Source: a virus
Reading direction: 5' to 3' (one strand)
IMG/VR virus record: IMGVR_UViG_3300047494_000263
Coordinates: 1-64,000 of that record
Length of the DNA stretch: 64,000 bases
Shown here: positions 5,686 through 16,170 of the stretch, piece by piece
Layout of the letters: every line of letters begins with the position of its first letter
Position numbering within the stretch: the stretch's first letter is position 1
The notes under the pieces: model-generated
Databases searched by the model: none
What the model saw: only the letters and a program-made list of their open reading frames with translations
What the model was told of the DNA's origin: nothing
Position numbers and translations under genes: made by a program

Positions 5686-8565
5686 CTATTGGCAAGCTGT
5701 GCATTCCTCGAAACCAACGTCCCCTGGGCGGAGCATGCAGGCCGCACCTTCTGGTTCCGGCATCGAGGCTACTGGGGCCGACGCGTGGGCTGAGACAGCG
5801 TTCAACTCACCGCCCTTGCCAGTCGACTTTTCAGCATTGGAAGCTGATAGGGTGCGAAGGTAGTAAGTTGTCTTCAGTCCGCGTAGCCATGCCAACTTGT
5901 AGGTCTCGTCGAGCTTCTTACCCGAAGCCCCCGCCATGTAGACGTTCAGAGACTGACCCTGATCGATCCACTTCTGGCGCCGTGACGCAGCCTCGATGAT
6001 CCACGAGGGGCTAACCTCAAAAGCTGTTGCGTACAGTTCGCGAAGATCGGCCGGGATGCGCTCGATCTGATGCACGCTACCGTCGAAGAACTTGAGGTCG
6101 GCAACCATCACCTGATCCCACAGGCCGAGCTTCTTCAGATCCCGAACCAGGAATTCGTTGATGGTGGTGAACTCGCCCGAAAGGTTCGACTTCACATACA
6201 GGTTCTGGAAAGTCGGTTCGATGCAAGCGGACACACCGATGATGTTGGAGATCGTCGCGGTGGGCGCGATCGCCACGCAGTTGGAGTTGCGCATACCGTT
6301 GGCCTTGATCTTGGCCCGCAGCGCGTCCCAATCCATGGTGATCGATTCGTTCACCTCAAGATATCCGCCGCGCTCTTCGCGCAGGAGTGCGATAGAGTCA
6401 TAGGGCAGGATGCCGCGATCCCACAAGGAGCCACGGTAGCTCGAGTACTTGCCGCGCTCTACGGCCAGGTCAGCCGAAGCCGAGTAGGCGTAGTAGCACA
6501 CTGCCTCCATCGAGCGATCAGCGAAGTCAAGCGCCTCTTCTGAGGCATACGGCACACGCATAGTGTGCAGGCAGTCCTGGAAGCCCATCAGGCCAAGCCC
6601 GACCGGCCGGTGACGCAGATTCGAATCGCGGGCCTGTTTGACCGCGTAGTAGTTGATGTCGATCACGTTATCGAGCATCCGCATTGCTGTGTCGATGGTG
6701 CGTTTCAGTTTGGCCTGGTCCAAAACCGCCTTACCGTCCGCATCGGTTGTCATGTGAGCCAGGAGGTTCACTGAGCCGAGGTTGCAAACAGCGATTTCGT
6801 CAGGGCTGGTGTTGAGCGTGATTTCCGTGCACAGGTTCGACGAATGCACCACACCGACATGCTGTTGAGGGGAGCGGATGTTGGAAGGATCCTTGAACGT
6901 CAGCCATGGGTGGCCGGTCTCGAACAGCATGCTCAGCATCTTGCGCCAGAGATCCTTAGCCTGAACGACCTTGCTCGGGGAGATATCACCACGGGCAGCC
7001 TTCTCCTCGTAGGCAACATAGGCCTTCTCGAACTCGCGGCCGACCTTGTCGTGCAGATCAGGAACGGACGATGGGGAAAACAGGGTCCATGACTTGCCCT
7101 CCGTCACACGCTTCATGAACAGGTCCGGAATCCAGTTCGCGGTATTCATGTCGTGAGTGCGGCGGCGGTCATCGCCCGTGTTCTTGCGGAGCTCGAGGAA
7201 TTCTTCAATATCCAGGTGCCACGTCTCGAGGTAGCAGGCGACAGCGCCCTTGCGCAAGCCGCCTTGATTGACTGCGACGGCTGTGTCGTTGACCACCTTC
7301 AGGAAAGGGATAACGCCCTGCGACTCGCCGTTGGTGCCCTTGATGTAGGAGCCCAGCGCGCGCACGGGCGTCCAGTCATTACCCAGGCCGCCGGCGTACT
7401 TGGCCAGCATCGCGTTGTCTTTGATGGCGTCGTAGATGCCAACCAGATCATCGGTCACAGTGCTGAGGTAGCACGAGGACAGCTGCGAATGACGGGTGCC
7501 GGAATTGAACAGCGTCGGGGTCGAGCTCATAAAGTCGAACGACGAAAGCAGGTTGTAGAACTCGATCGCCTTCGCTTCGCGGTCCACCTCATTCAGCGCG
7601 AGCCCCATGGCGACGCGCATCAGGAACGTCTGTGGCAGCTCGATTCGGCGGCCGGAATCGCTAAAGGAGTCACTGCGGTCGGCCAGCAGGTACCGGTCAT
7701 AGATGGTCTGCATGCCAATGTAGTCGAACTGCAGGTCGCGATCAGCGACGATGGCTGCACCAAGACGTTCCAGGTCGTACTGACCAAGCCTCTCATCGAG
7801 CCGTTCGAGATCGATACCCTTGTTGATCAGCTTCGGGAAGCACTCGGCGTACACCGTGCGCATTTCGTCTTGAGATGTCTCGCGACCCAAGACTTCCTCG
7901 CGAACCGTATGCAACAGAAGGCGAGCCGTAACTTTGCTGTATGCCGGGTCCTGCTCGAGCAGGGTGCGGGCAGCCAGGACCATGGATTTGTGCATCTCCA
8001 TGACGGGAACGCCGTCGTAGAGGTTCTTGAGCGTTTCAGAAAGGATCAACCCAGGATTCACAACATCACCCAGGCCGACACAAGCACCTCGAATCAGGGC
8101 ATGAACCCGCTTTACGTCCAGCGGAACCTTCACCCCGTTTTCCAGGATATGAATCGTGTTTTCCAGCGGCTTGCCCTGAGCCTCGGCCGCACGGGTGCGA
8201 TTACGCTCCTCGCGGTACAGCACGTAGGAGCGGGCAACGTCGTGGTGGCCGCCGCGCATGAGCGCGAGCTCGACCTGGTCCTGAATATCTTCGATGTTGA
8301 TGGCGCCACCACCCGGACGGCGACGAACAACCGCCTCGGTGACCTGATCGACCAGCCCAGCCACGATCTGACGGATGCGAGCTGACTCGGAACTGCCCTC
8401 AGTGGCAAGGAACGCCTTGGTGATGGCGACTGCGATCTTTGAGGGGACGAACTGAACAACTTTGCCAGTGCGCTGGATAACTTGGAAGCCAGAAAGGTCA
8501 ACTGGACCGGCGGAGAGACCGCCAACTGCGGCGGAAAGAACCTTGGTGCTATCGGGAGCGTTCAT
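5686..8565 (-). CDS. nrdA: ribonucleotide reductase class Ia alpha subunit with N-terminal ATP-cone(s)
   Basis: TPTLFNSGT, LSSCY, SNLCTEI, CNLGS, APTATIS, KTTYYLR, terminal CxxC; likely start MNAPDS at 8565. Confidence 0.97.
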   Translation of the reverse strand: MNAPDSTKVLSAAVGGLSAGPVDLSGFQVIQRTGKVVQFVPSKIAVAITKAFLATEGSSESARIRQIVAGLVDQVTEAVVRRRPGGGAINIEDIQDQVELALMRGGHHDVARSYVLYREERNRTRAAEAQGKPLENTIHILENGVKVPLDVKRVHALIRGACVGLGDVVNPGLILSETLKNLYDGVPVMEMHKSMVLAARTLLEQDPAYSKVTARLLLHTVREEVLGRETSQDEMRTVYAECFPKLINKGIDLERLDERLGQYDLERLGAAIVADRDLQFDYIGMQTIYDRYLLADRSDSFSDSGRRIELPQTFLMRVAMGLALNEVDREAKAIEFYNLLSSFDFMSSTPTLFNSGTRHSQLSSCYLSTVTDDLVGIYDAIKDNAMLAKYAGGLGNDWTPVRALGSYIKGTNGESQGVIPFLKVVNDTAVAVNQGGLRKGAVACYLETWHLDIEEFLELRKNTGDDRRRTHDMNTANWIPDLFMKRVTEGKSWTLFSPSSVPDLHDKVGREFEKAYVAYEEKAARGDISPSKVVQAKDLWRKMLSMLFETGHPWLTFKDPSNIRSPQQHVGVVHSSNLCTEITLNTSPDEIAVCNLGSVNLLAHMTTDADGKAVLDQAKLKRTIDTAMRMLDNVIDINYYAVKQARDSNLRHRPVGLGLMGFQDCLHTMRVPYASEEALDFADRSMEAVCYYAYSASADLAVERGKYSSYRGSLWDRGILPYDSIALLREERGGYLEVNESITMDWDALRAKIKANGMRNSNCVAIAPTATISNIIGVSACIEPTFQNLYVKSNLSGEFTTINEFLVRDLKKLGLWDQVMVADLKFFDGSVHQIERIPADLRELYATAFEVSPSWIIEAASRRQKWIDQGQSLNVYMAGASGKKLDETYKLAWLRGLKTTYYLRTLSASNAEKSTGKGGELNAVSAHASAPVASMPEPEGAACMLRPGDVGFEECTACQ

Positions 8566-8852
8566 GGTATCGACTCGGTGAAAGTGGCCCTGATGGGCTC
8601 TGTGTTGGTTGATCAACGTAACCGGGGTAACTGTGATTAAGATATCTGATACACGTTCTTTCTTCAACCCGAAAATCCCTAAGTATTTGTTTCTTAGAGG
8701 CTTGACAAAAGGACGGGAAGGACGTTCAGTAGCAGGGTGAAATGCTTTTGGATGAAGTGGGGCTGTGTGCGCCGCTGCGCTGGACTGAACAAATCGTTCT
8801 AGCTGCCTATAATGATGCCGCCAACGTCCGGAGTACGAACCAGGAGATCAGA

Positions 8853-9140
8853 ATGAGGCTTACACCGAGAAACCGGTACCGCCGGCGGCTCCGTGCGACA
8901 GGGCAGGGACACTGTTCGGTCGTCCCGGCCGGCGCGACGGTTGTCGACGTGGCTCCGGGTCACGCAAGAGTGGCGGATATCAATCCGCTTGCCAGCATGG
9001 AGGATCCTCCGGAGTTTTGGCTGGGCCCTTTCTTTGGGCGTGAGCGCAGAATCTCTTTCAATCGAACCACCGCACTCGGCGATTGCTCAGTCGAGGTTGT
9101 AGTTGTCGGTCCTCGCCGCGAAGCTTCCAGCGTGGAGTGA
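8853..9140 (+). CDS. hypothetical protein
   Basis: AGGAG RBS before ATG 8853. Confidence 0.45.
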   Translation: MRLTPRNRYRRRLRATGQGHCSVVPAGATVVDVAPGHARVADINPLASMEDPPEFWLGPFFGRERRISFNRTTALGDCSVEVVVVGPRREASSVE

Positions 9141-9198
9141 GCTAAGCAAATCGGCGATGCTTGTGTAGACTTGGCATAAAGTGACCGGACGCCCGAAG

Positions 9199-9387
9199 AT
9201 GAACCTGAAAAAACGACTGCAAATCGCGTTTGTGAGTGTTGTGATGATCGCCGCTGCGCTGTGGTTCGGGGTTGCGTTGGCTGAGCCAGGCGTGGATTTC
9301 CCAGTTGCCTTTTTAATTGTCGGTATCTGCGGCCTGTTCTTGGCCTTCAGAAAAGAATCAGGTGACGGGGAGGAAAGCGATGTCTGA
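9199..9387 (+). CDS. small two-TM membrane protein
   Basis: Two hydrophobic helices; overlaps next gene start. Confidence 0.55.
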   Translation: MNLKKRLQIAFVSVVMIAAALWFGVALAEPGVDFPVAFLIVGICGLFLAFRKESGDGEESDV

Positions 9388-9592
9388 TGCTCGACACAGG
9401 CTCGAGACGGTCACCGAACGACTGAAGGAACAAGGCGTCGTCGACGTCAAGTTCACGTTTTCGCCTGACGTTAAAGCTCATCCCTTGAGCGTGGTCACGA
9501 ATGGAGTGGCGCAGTTTCTTGAGTGCGTGGTGGACGGTCGCGGGGTACCGCTCCAGCTCATCGACTCCCCAAACTCCATTCGGCCACGATAG
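9380..9592 (+). CDS. small hypothetical protein
   Basis: GGAGG RBS before ATG 9380 (MSDARHRL). Confidence 0.6.
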   Translation: MSDARHRLETVTERLKEQGVVDVKFTFSPDVKAHPLSVVTNGVAQFLECVVDGRGVPLQLIDSPNSIRPR

Positions 9593-9596
9593 TTCG

Positions 9597-9977
9597 GTGC
9601 AGCGCCGCTTCTCCCAGGACGTGCCTCTGACCAAAGTCAGATTTGTGGGCCGTGTGCCATCCGGCTTTGATTCCGCTGATCCCGAGCGCCGTGCTTTCAA
9701 CGACGCGGTCGTCGCCACCGAAGTCTTGGCAGGCTTTGCGGCCGGGTTCGTGCCAATCATTGTCATGCTGGCGCCCGGCGTTGGACAGGTTGCCGCCGAG
9801 ATTTCGCTCCTAGTTGCGATGGCGATCTACCTTTGGGCGTGGTCGCATTGCTTTCGAGTGATCTTAAGACGGCCCCCTCGACGGGGTGATCGCTTTTTGA
9901 CGTTGTTCGCCCAGCGTGCCATGTCGCTGCGGCCGCGCTACCGCAGGTTCCGAGAGGAAGCCTGGGCGCGCCCTTGA
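9597..9977 (+). CDS. membrane hypothetical protein (start uncertain)
   Basis: Two hydrophobic segments in ORF 9501-9977; GTG at 9597 follows the previous stop. Confidence 0.45.
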   Translation: MQRRFSQDVPLTKVRFVGRVPSGFDSADPERRAFNDAVVATEVLAGFAAGFVPIIVMLAPGVGQVAAEISLLVAMAIYLWAWSHCFRVILRRPPRRGDRFLTLFAQRAMSLRPRYRRFREEAWARP

Positions 9978-10012
9978 GGGCAGCCCGGACCGGCAGATAG
10001 GATTTCCGCGCT

Positions 10013-11536
10013 CTAGCGCACAATCGACAGACTAGGGCCGTCACGCTTTGCGGTGTACACGCCCTTCCACTTACTGTCATCTGAATCGCGGTTCTTGATC
10101 TGAACAGCAATCGTCTGGTGAACCTTGAGCCATGCAAGGCGATCCACCGTCAGCGCCATCTTCGTCGACAGCGGCTTCCAAAAGGATTCATCCACCCGCA
10201 TGATGACTTTCGTGCCCACGGAGCTGACTAAGCCGCTCGGGAATGACAAGGGGTCTTGCGCGCACGCGACCAGCGAGACGTTGTACTTGCGGCCCTCCCG
10301 GGAGATCCGATTGACGATGTTATCGTCGTCTCTGGTGGCGGTCGCGTAGCGTGAAAACTCGTCGAGGATGAAGACATCAATGACCCGACTGTCGGTTCCT
10401 CGCTGGACGGCTTCCTCGAAAAGCTCTTCGAGACGGAACATCACGAACATGCGTTGCTCCTCCACGCGCAGCGGATCCAGAATGTAGCGCCACACGCGCG
10501 CGTTGGAATTGAAAACGACGGCCTTGGGCTTGAAAATGCCAGTGCGTTCAAGACTCTCGAGGCGGTCGACGACTGAGGACAAGGTCTCCTGCGAGGAGTA
10601 TTTCATCAGGTCTTCAAGTTCCTTGCCGGTCGCACTGCTCTCCACGTAGTCGGAGAGCGCCTCTACGGCCGCTTCGCCAGCCTTGACCATGGCTTCTTGC
10701 GCTGAAGAGTCGTCGAACGCGGTGCGATCGCCGCGCTTGAAGTGCTCGAGCCGGTGCTTCTGGAACTTTGCTGCCTTGCTGTGGAAGTTGGCAAGGGCCG
10801 CGACCGTCTTTGAATCCGATCCGAGGAACGCCAACTCGCGGGTCCGCCGGCCGGCCAGTACGGCGTCATGCACCGTCGGATGACGTCGGACCACAACCTT
10901 TGGAGGCCATGCTGTGACAGATCCCTTGTAGTTCTCCGGCTCGATCCACCAGCACTTGTAGTTGGAATCGTACTTGGCGCCACAGCTTTTGGCCGTGTCC
11001 TTTTCCGCAAACGGGACGTCTAGGTAGAGGCGGTCACTACCATCTGAGAGCAGTGTTTCTGAATGTTCCCGCAGCGACCATGTCGATGCATCTTTCTCAT
11101 TGAAGCCGTGCATCAGATACAGGTCGGACAGAATTTTGTGCAATACGGCGACCTGGCGCGTCCCAAGCTTTGTGGACGAATTGCTATTGATGATGCTGAT
11201 GAAGCCTTCAATCTTTTTTCGCGGACCACCATAGTGCGGATCGGGGCTGACTCGAAGCGGGTTGAGACCGTACTCCCCTTGCTCGGAGAATAGGATGTCG
11301 TCCGATCCGGGGATGCGCATATCGCCCTGCACGTCGAAGACATGGAACCGCAGCTGGTGACCGGGTGGCGCAGTATTCACGCAGCTGCTGATGAAGTCGT
11401 TCACGAGAACCGTCTTGCCGGCGCCAGACATTCCGGCGATCAGCATGTGCGGATTCACAACGCGGATCGAATCCCACTCGACCGGATTCGATTGTCTTCC
11501 GCCAGCGACCGCCTCATTCCCAAAGACGTGCCTCAT
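10013..11536 (-). CDS. HerA/FtsK/VirB4-superfamily ATPase with inserted DUF5710-like domain
   Basis: Walker A PHMLIAGMSGAGKT, Walker B FILDE, REGRKY, ACAQ; insert LYLDVPFAEKDTAKSCGAKYD...WW. Confidence 0.8.
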   Translation of the reverse strand: MRHVFGNEAVAGGRQSNPVEWDSIRVVNPHMLIAGMSGAGKTVLVNDFISSCVNTAPPGHQLRFHVFDVQGDMRIPGSDDILFSEQGEYGLNPLRVSPDPHYGGPRKKIEGFISIINSNSSTKLGTRQVAVLHKILSDLYLMHGFNEKDASTWSLREHSETLLSDGSDRLYLDVPFAEKDTAKSCGAKYDSNYKCWWIEPENYKGSVTAWPPKVVVRRHPTVHDAVLAGRRTRELAFLGSDSKTVAALANFHSKAAKFQKHRLEHFKRGDRTAFDDSSAQEAMVKAGEAAVEALSDYVESSATGKELEDLMKYSSQETLSSVVDRLESLERTGIFKPKAVVFNSNARVWRYILDPLRVEEQRMFVMFRLEELFEEAVQRGTDSRVIDVFILDEFSRYATATRDDDNIVNRISREGRKYNVSLVACAQDPLSFPSGLVSSVGTKVIMRVDESFWKPLSTKMALTVDRLAWLKVHQTIAVQIKNRDSDDSKWKGVYTAKRDGPSLSIVR

Positions 11537-11562
11537 GGCATGCTCGGCATCGGTGTGGACAC

Positions 11563-11817
11563 TTAGCGACGCTTGAGGATACTGCGATACCCGAGGACCA
11601 GGAAGAACACACCTTGAATCATCAGTGGCCAACCGAGAAACCAAGGAAGGACGGTGCCAGTAAAGCCTATTGAGACCGTCCCAAGAAGCAAGACGCCGAT
11701 CGATCGGATGCCTTCGAGTAGTTCGACCGGGCTTTGCTCTGCGGCGGGCGCCGCTTCCCCCGCGCGGGAGGGTTCTCGGCCGAAATCATTCGTCGTCGCG
11801 TTTGAATCTTGTGGCAT
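11563..11817 (-). CDS. small two-TM membrane protein
   Basis: Hydrophobic C-terminal half; co-oriented with the ATPase. Confidence 0.55.
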   Translation of the reverse strand: MPQDSNATTNDFGREPSRAGEAAPAAEQSPVELLEGIRSIGVLLLGTVSIGFTGTVLPWFLGWPLMIQGVFFLVLGYRSILKRR

Positions 11818-12075
11818 TGGGATGTTTCCTGTCTGCCGAATTCTAGAAAGACGAAAGCGGCGAAATTAGCGTATACGATACTTCATACACGATCACAGGG
11901 CAAGCGACCGTTTCTGCCGGGTGTCGTATTTGTAGCAGGCAGGAAGCCTGAGAGGGACAGGACCTTCTCGCCCTTCGACGGCCGGTGCAGGCTGACCCCA
12001 CCCTCGAGCGGCGTGCCTCGCCTCAGGCCAATGGTCGCGCCAGCGGGACGACCGTACCGCTACCAACGAAAGGAC

Positions 12076-12489
12076 TTAGGGCGCCCAATCAGCTGTAATC
12101 TCGGCCTGAATTGGGTCCGGGCTCTCGTTGACATACATCGGAATGTCGCCGCGCGCGACGAAATCAACGGTAGCCTTCGGAGGGATGTATTTGATCGTGT
12201 CCGTCAACAGGCCACCGTTTCCTTTGACGATACTGCCGTGACCATCTTGGCCCTGATACTTGCCCCAGATTCTGTAATTGATCACCACGTTGGCTACTGC
12301 TCGCGCATTCGGATTGTAGATGGAGCCTTTGACCACTTTTGACTCACCGATCTCTAAGAGTTCGTCTTTGACGATTTGCAGTTTTGGTCGAGTCGCGCTA
12401 CGCACTGGCTCGGTTCCGAGCAAGGCGGTAAATGAAACAAACGTCAGGGCGCGTAAAAACTTTCTTCGGCCAATATCAGCAAAATTCAT
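12076..12489 (-). CDS. exported protein with Tat-like signal and probable FxLYD-like beta domain
   Basis: GRRKFL + hydrophobic stretch; VKGSIYNPN..AVANVVINY. Confidence 0.55.
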   Translation of the reverse strand: MNFADIGRRKFLRALTFVSFTALLGTEPVRSATRPKLQIVKDELLEIGESKVVKGSIYNPNARAVANVVINYRIWGKYQGQDGHGSIVKGNGGLLTDTIKYIPPKATVDFVARGDIPMYVNESPDPIQAEITADWAP

Positions 12490-12552
12490 GGGCAGCTTTC
12501 GTCAGAATGGAGAACGGTCTCGGTTTCCGGACTGCGGGGCTTTTTTTTTGCG

Positions 12553-12930
12553 TTAAGGCATGGCGCCTCCGGCGATGGCCGGGGAGTCTTGATCCGGCAC
12601 CGGCCACGAGATCGAAGAATACTCTTTGAAGACTTTGATCTCGCCGCTTGGGAGCTCGATTTGGTAGGTGGGCGGGGTTGAATCGAAGAGAATTTTGGCG
12701 AATGAGAGCTTGCCGTGGAGAAGGCAGGCATCGTTGGGGCAATCCTTTAGCCTGACGGTGGCATGTGGCTGGTTCCAGGAGTACTTGCTAGAGACCTCCC
12801 ATACCTCAAGGCGCACCACCAGGAGCAACACGAAGATCGTCAAGATCAGCCAAACCATATTGCCCGGCGTAAGCGAGCGCTTCCAGTTCGGTCCTGCCGC
12901 AGCCGGCAGGCTGGTCGTAAGTTCGGTCAT
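12553..12930 (-). CDS. membrane-anchored hypothetical protein
   Basis: Single N-terminal TM helix. Confidence 0.6.
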   Translation of the reverse strand: MTELTTSLPAAAGPNWKRSLTPGNMVWLILTIFVLLLVVRLEVWEVSSKYSWNQPHATVRLKDCPNDACLLHGKLSFAKILFDSTPPTYQIELPSGEIKVFKEYSSISWPVPDQDSPAIAGGAMP

Positions 12931-13001
12931 GGCTGGCTCTTAGGGATCTCGATGTCGGAATTCTAGCGAAAGCGCAAGTGAACTGCTAACCGCAGCGGAT
13001 C

Positions 13002-15377
13002 TCAAGGCGAGGCGGCGAGCGCCGCGCCGGCGTTCTTTTTTCTCGACTTCTTTGCTGGTTTCTCTGAGTCATGATCGGTCTTGGAGCCCAGCATCACGTT
13101 GCCCCGCGAGGCCTCGACTTCATCTAGATCGATGGTCAGCTCGACCTCCGGGTCAAAGAAAATCGTATCCGCCCAGTCCTTAACGCCCTCTGCGAAGCTT
13201 GGATTGAAGCACTCGATCGGAGCAATGAACAAGTGCGGTGGAAGGCGGTTCATACCGCAGTCTTCGGCTCTGGCTGTCAATTTGCCGTAGTCGGGAAGGA
13301 CGTCGTAGGTGTCTGTCAGGTAGATGATCGAGGCGATATCCTTGCCGTGCAGAAGCTCTCCTGGACGCGTCATTTCGTAGAGGTTCTCAAGAGACGCTTG
13401 GAACGAGGTCCCGCCACGACCGCCATACTCAATCCCTTTGGCCAGGAATTCGAGGTAGTTTGATTCATTGATGAAGACCGGCTCGCCCCGGGCGATCGTA
13501 TCGGCAAAGGTGATAAAGATGTCTGGCGGCGAGCTCCCACCGGTGTTTCTGGCCATGTTGATCGCTTCGCTGACAAGCCGCTTGAGTTGCGCGTCGCTGA
13601 CCGACCCAGATGTGTCGATCAGAAGCGGGATGGTGCGTCGCTTGGTGTCACCGGGCACGTAAGTCCCATTCATCGGGATGTCCAAGGCGGACGCGACGCC
13701 CAGGTCCTCCGGCTCCATTTGGCTGTAAATCCATGCCTCATCCGGATCGTAGCGGACCGTACTCGCAACGGCGTCTTCCATGATCTGCTTAATGGTCATC
13801 TTGAGCGTCAAGACCGGCTTGAAGAAGTCGTTCATGCGCGCCACGGCGTACTGCACCAGGTGGCCGCCGGGGATGCGGTTAGCACCGACCTTCTTTTCAT
13901 CTTCCACGGCATCATTGATGGCGTTCGTGATGGATCCACGCGCTGCATTTTCCTCAGCCGTGATCTTGATCAGGTCGTCGAACCCTAGCTGCTTGACGGC
14001 CGTGTCCATGCCGGCCTGCTTGAGGATTTGGGCAAGCTCTTCGGCCGACATCGAGTGCTCGTCACCTCGGTAGATATTAGCTGGGGGTGCAACACCATCA
14101 AGACCGGCTGTTTCTCGAAGTAAGTCGTCGGGAGATCCGTTGCCCCGGTTCAAGGTCTTATTGGCCTCGCGGGTGTCGATGATGCCGTTCTCGCACAGTC
14201 CTTTGCCCATGCGGGGCTTGAGCAGATCCCGCAGGACCTCAACCAAAAGCATCGAGCGTTCAAGCGGTTTGAGTTGGTCGACATACAGGTCCCCGGTCAA
14301 TGCTGTGATCGGGAGCTGTTCCATATTCTCGTTATGCGCATGCATTTCGTCGGTTTCGACGACCTCGTAAATGGCGGTCAGGACGATGAGCACGTCTTTT
14401 TCCGTCATGCGCTTGAGATCCTCCGATTCCAAAATCTTGAGCTGGGGGTTCAGCAGATCAATGACTTCGATCAGCCGATTGCTCAACTCAATCGCTCCAT
14501 TGCGCTCGGCGATCGGCCATTTGGCCGAAATATCTCCTTTTTGTAGATCGCTCGCGTTTTCTTTCTCCCGTCTCTTATTGTTCTTTTCGGCGATACCCCG
14601 AATCGAGTCGTAATCCTGCATCACGGCATTGCATAGCGCGGCCAGCTTCGAATCAGGCGGCGGAGGCTTCGGCAAGTCTTTCTTCGCCTCTCGTTCCTTG
14701 ATCATCTGCTCGGCGATGAATTCCTCAGCCTGGTTACCCCACTTTTTGTAGCCCTCGTAATTTTGTGCGACACCTATCGCTACGGCGGGGCACATGTTGT
14801 TGTAGTACTGGCGGACCGTGCTCAGGAATGTCTCTGACTCCCGGTCAGGCGTCTTGTAGTCTGCGCCGCCATGCCTCGCCAACTGTACCTCGCTGCCGAT
14901 CTGCACGCAGTCGATATTGATACGGGCGTCTTGAGCGATATTGGCAGTCTCGGGATCGATGTTCATCATGCGGTTGCAATGCATTCTCCGCAGATGCTCT
15001 AACTCATGCCTAAATATGAAGAACAGACCGTCCCGACCGTCGAGTTGGCTTTTGATCAGCCTCTTCGCGAAATGCGCGGAGATGAACATGTGTCTGGTCG
15101 GCGTGACAAAGGCGGTGTCGACGCGGGCCCGGAGCTCCGGCAGGTCGTAGATCATGATAGGCACCGAGCCCATCATGTAGCCCAGCATGCCGTTCTCGGG
15201 ATAGTCGATGCGCTTGCCGGTGGTCGGATCGACGTATGTCTTGATCCGGCAGAACTCTTCTTGCCACAGGCGCATATCCTCGTCGAGGTGCGCATGGTTG
15301 TTGTTCAGCTTGCGATTGCGGTTGAACAGGCGAGCAACCGCCCCGTCCGTATCCATTTTTTCGGCTGTCTTGCTCAT
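13002..15377 (-). CDS. DUF2201-type metallopeptidase + VWA domain protein
   Basis: VDTAFV...HELEHLRRMH (HExxH), NIAQDARIN; MIDAS LIDTSGS, GRGGTSF, YLTD. Confidence 0.85.
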   Translation of the reverse strand: MSKTAEKMDTDGAVARLFNRNRKLNNNHAHLDEDMRLWQEEFCRIKTYVDPTTGKRIDYPENGMLGYMMGSVPIMIYDLPELRARVDTAFVTPTRHMFISAHFAKRLIKSQLDGRDGLFFIFRHELEHLRRMHCNRMMNIDPETANIAQDARINIDCVQIGSEVQLARHGGADYKTPDRESETFLSTVRQYYNNMCPAVAIGVAQNYEGYKKWGNQAEEFIAEQMIKEREAKKDLPKPPPPDSKLAALCNAVMQDYDSIRGIAEKNNKRREKENASDLQKGDISAKWPIAERNGAIELSNRLIEVIDLLNPQLKILESEDLKRMTEKDVLIVLTAIYEVVETDEMHAHNENMEQLPITALTGDLYVDQLKPLERSMLLVEVLRDLLKPRMGKGLCENGIIDTREANKTLNRGNGSPDDLLRETAGLDGVAPPANIYRGDEHSMSAEELAQILKQAGMDTAVKQLGFDDLIKITAEENAARGSITNAINDAVEDEKKVGANRIPGGHLVQYAVARMNDFFKPVLTLKMTIKQIMEDAVASTVRYDPDEAWIYSQMEPEDLGVASALDIPMNGTYVPGDTKRRTIPLLIDTSGSVSDAQLKRLVSEAINMARNTGGSSPPDIFITFADTIARGEPVFINESNYLEFLAKGIEYGGRGGTSFQASLENLYEMTRPGELLHGKDIASIIYLTDTYDVLPDYGKLTARAEDCGMNRLPPHLFIAPIECFNPSFAEGVKDWADTIFFDPEVELTIDLDEVEASRGNVMLGSKTDHDSEKPAKKSRKKNAGAALAASP

Positions 15378-15596
15378 GAGTCCTATCCTAACGCGAACGA
15401 ATGCTGCGGTGCGGGGAATGCCGAATCTTGTTCACCTGGCGCGACGGAGCAGGAGCCCGGGGAATGGAGGTTCGCGTCGATCTTGTGTCGATGGTGAATG
15501 AGATATAATATATACCGCATCAGCCAGTGCTTCCAGTCGAAAAATTACGCGCGGCCACCAGAATGTCTCGGCGGCCGTAGAAAACCAGGTGAGAAA

Positions 15597-16151
15597 ATGA
15601 AATTCCGGACCCTCAAAGGCGCGCGACACCTCGTCATAAGCATATCGGCAGTCGTTATCGGTTTCGCAAGCATGAGTCTTGCGTTAGCGAATATGGGTAG
15701 GGTGGCGCCCGGCCCGGCATCGATTAACACTGTCCCGCTTGGCGTATCGCGTATGCAGGTCCAGCAGGCGATGCACCTTCAGCATTGCTACAAGGATGAA
15801 GCGGGCGATGAGGTGTGTCGTGCAGTCCAATCTACCTTTGGCCCCCACCCCCGCGGTGGGGCGAAGGCGGGTATGACGATCCTTAATGGGCCTTACCTAG
15901 TTTTTCGCGACGGTTCCCTGATCCAGTTTCATATCGATCTGCTGCATGACGGCGACTACGCCAAGATCGCGTCGTACGGGGAGGCGAATTACGGTTCGGC
16001 GGCGCTTGTTGCGACGCATGGGGGCCGCGAGACTCGTATTTGGCATGTTGGCACTTCGACCTGCATTGCCAAAGACGAGGGTGAGCGGGTGGCCACATTC
16101 GATTGCAGTCTCGATGCCGCGGTTGTCCCTCCGATCGATAACAGCTACTGA
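15597..16151 (+). CDS. secreted four-Cys protein, paralog of 33900-34448
   Basis: Signal-peptide-like N-terminus; conserved Cys spacing. Confidence 0.65.
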   Translation: MKFRTLKGARHLVISISAVVIGFASMSLALANMGRVAPGPASINTVPLGVSRMQVQQAMHLQHCYKDEAGDEVCRAVQSTFGPHPRGGAKAGMTILNGPYLVFRDGSLIQFHIDLLHDGDYAKIASYGEANYGSAALVATHGGRETRIWHVGTSTCIAKDEGERVATFDCSLDAAVVPPIDNSY

Positions 16152-16170
16152 TCACATAAGGAGAACGAAA

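Noticed and set aside
7153-8385. 410-aa plus-strand ORF and similar long antisense ORFs over nrdAB, the GGDEF-EAL gene and 45489-46364
   Set aside because: Shadow ORFs opposite well-supported GC-rich genes; no motifs or RBS.
12515-12550. Terminator at the T9 run
   Set aside because: The T-tract is on the plus strand while flanking genes are minus-strand, and the preceding stem is weak.
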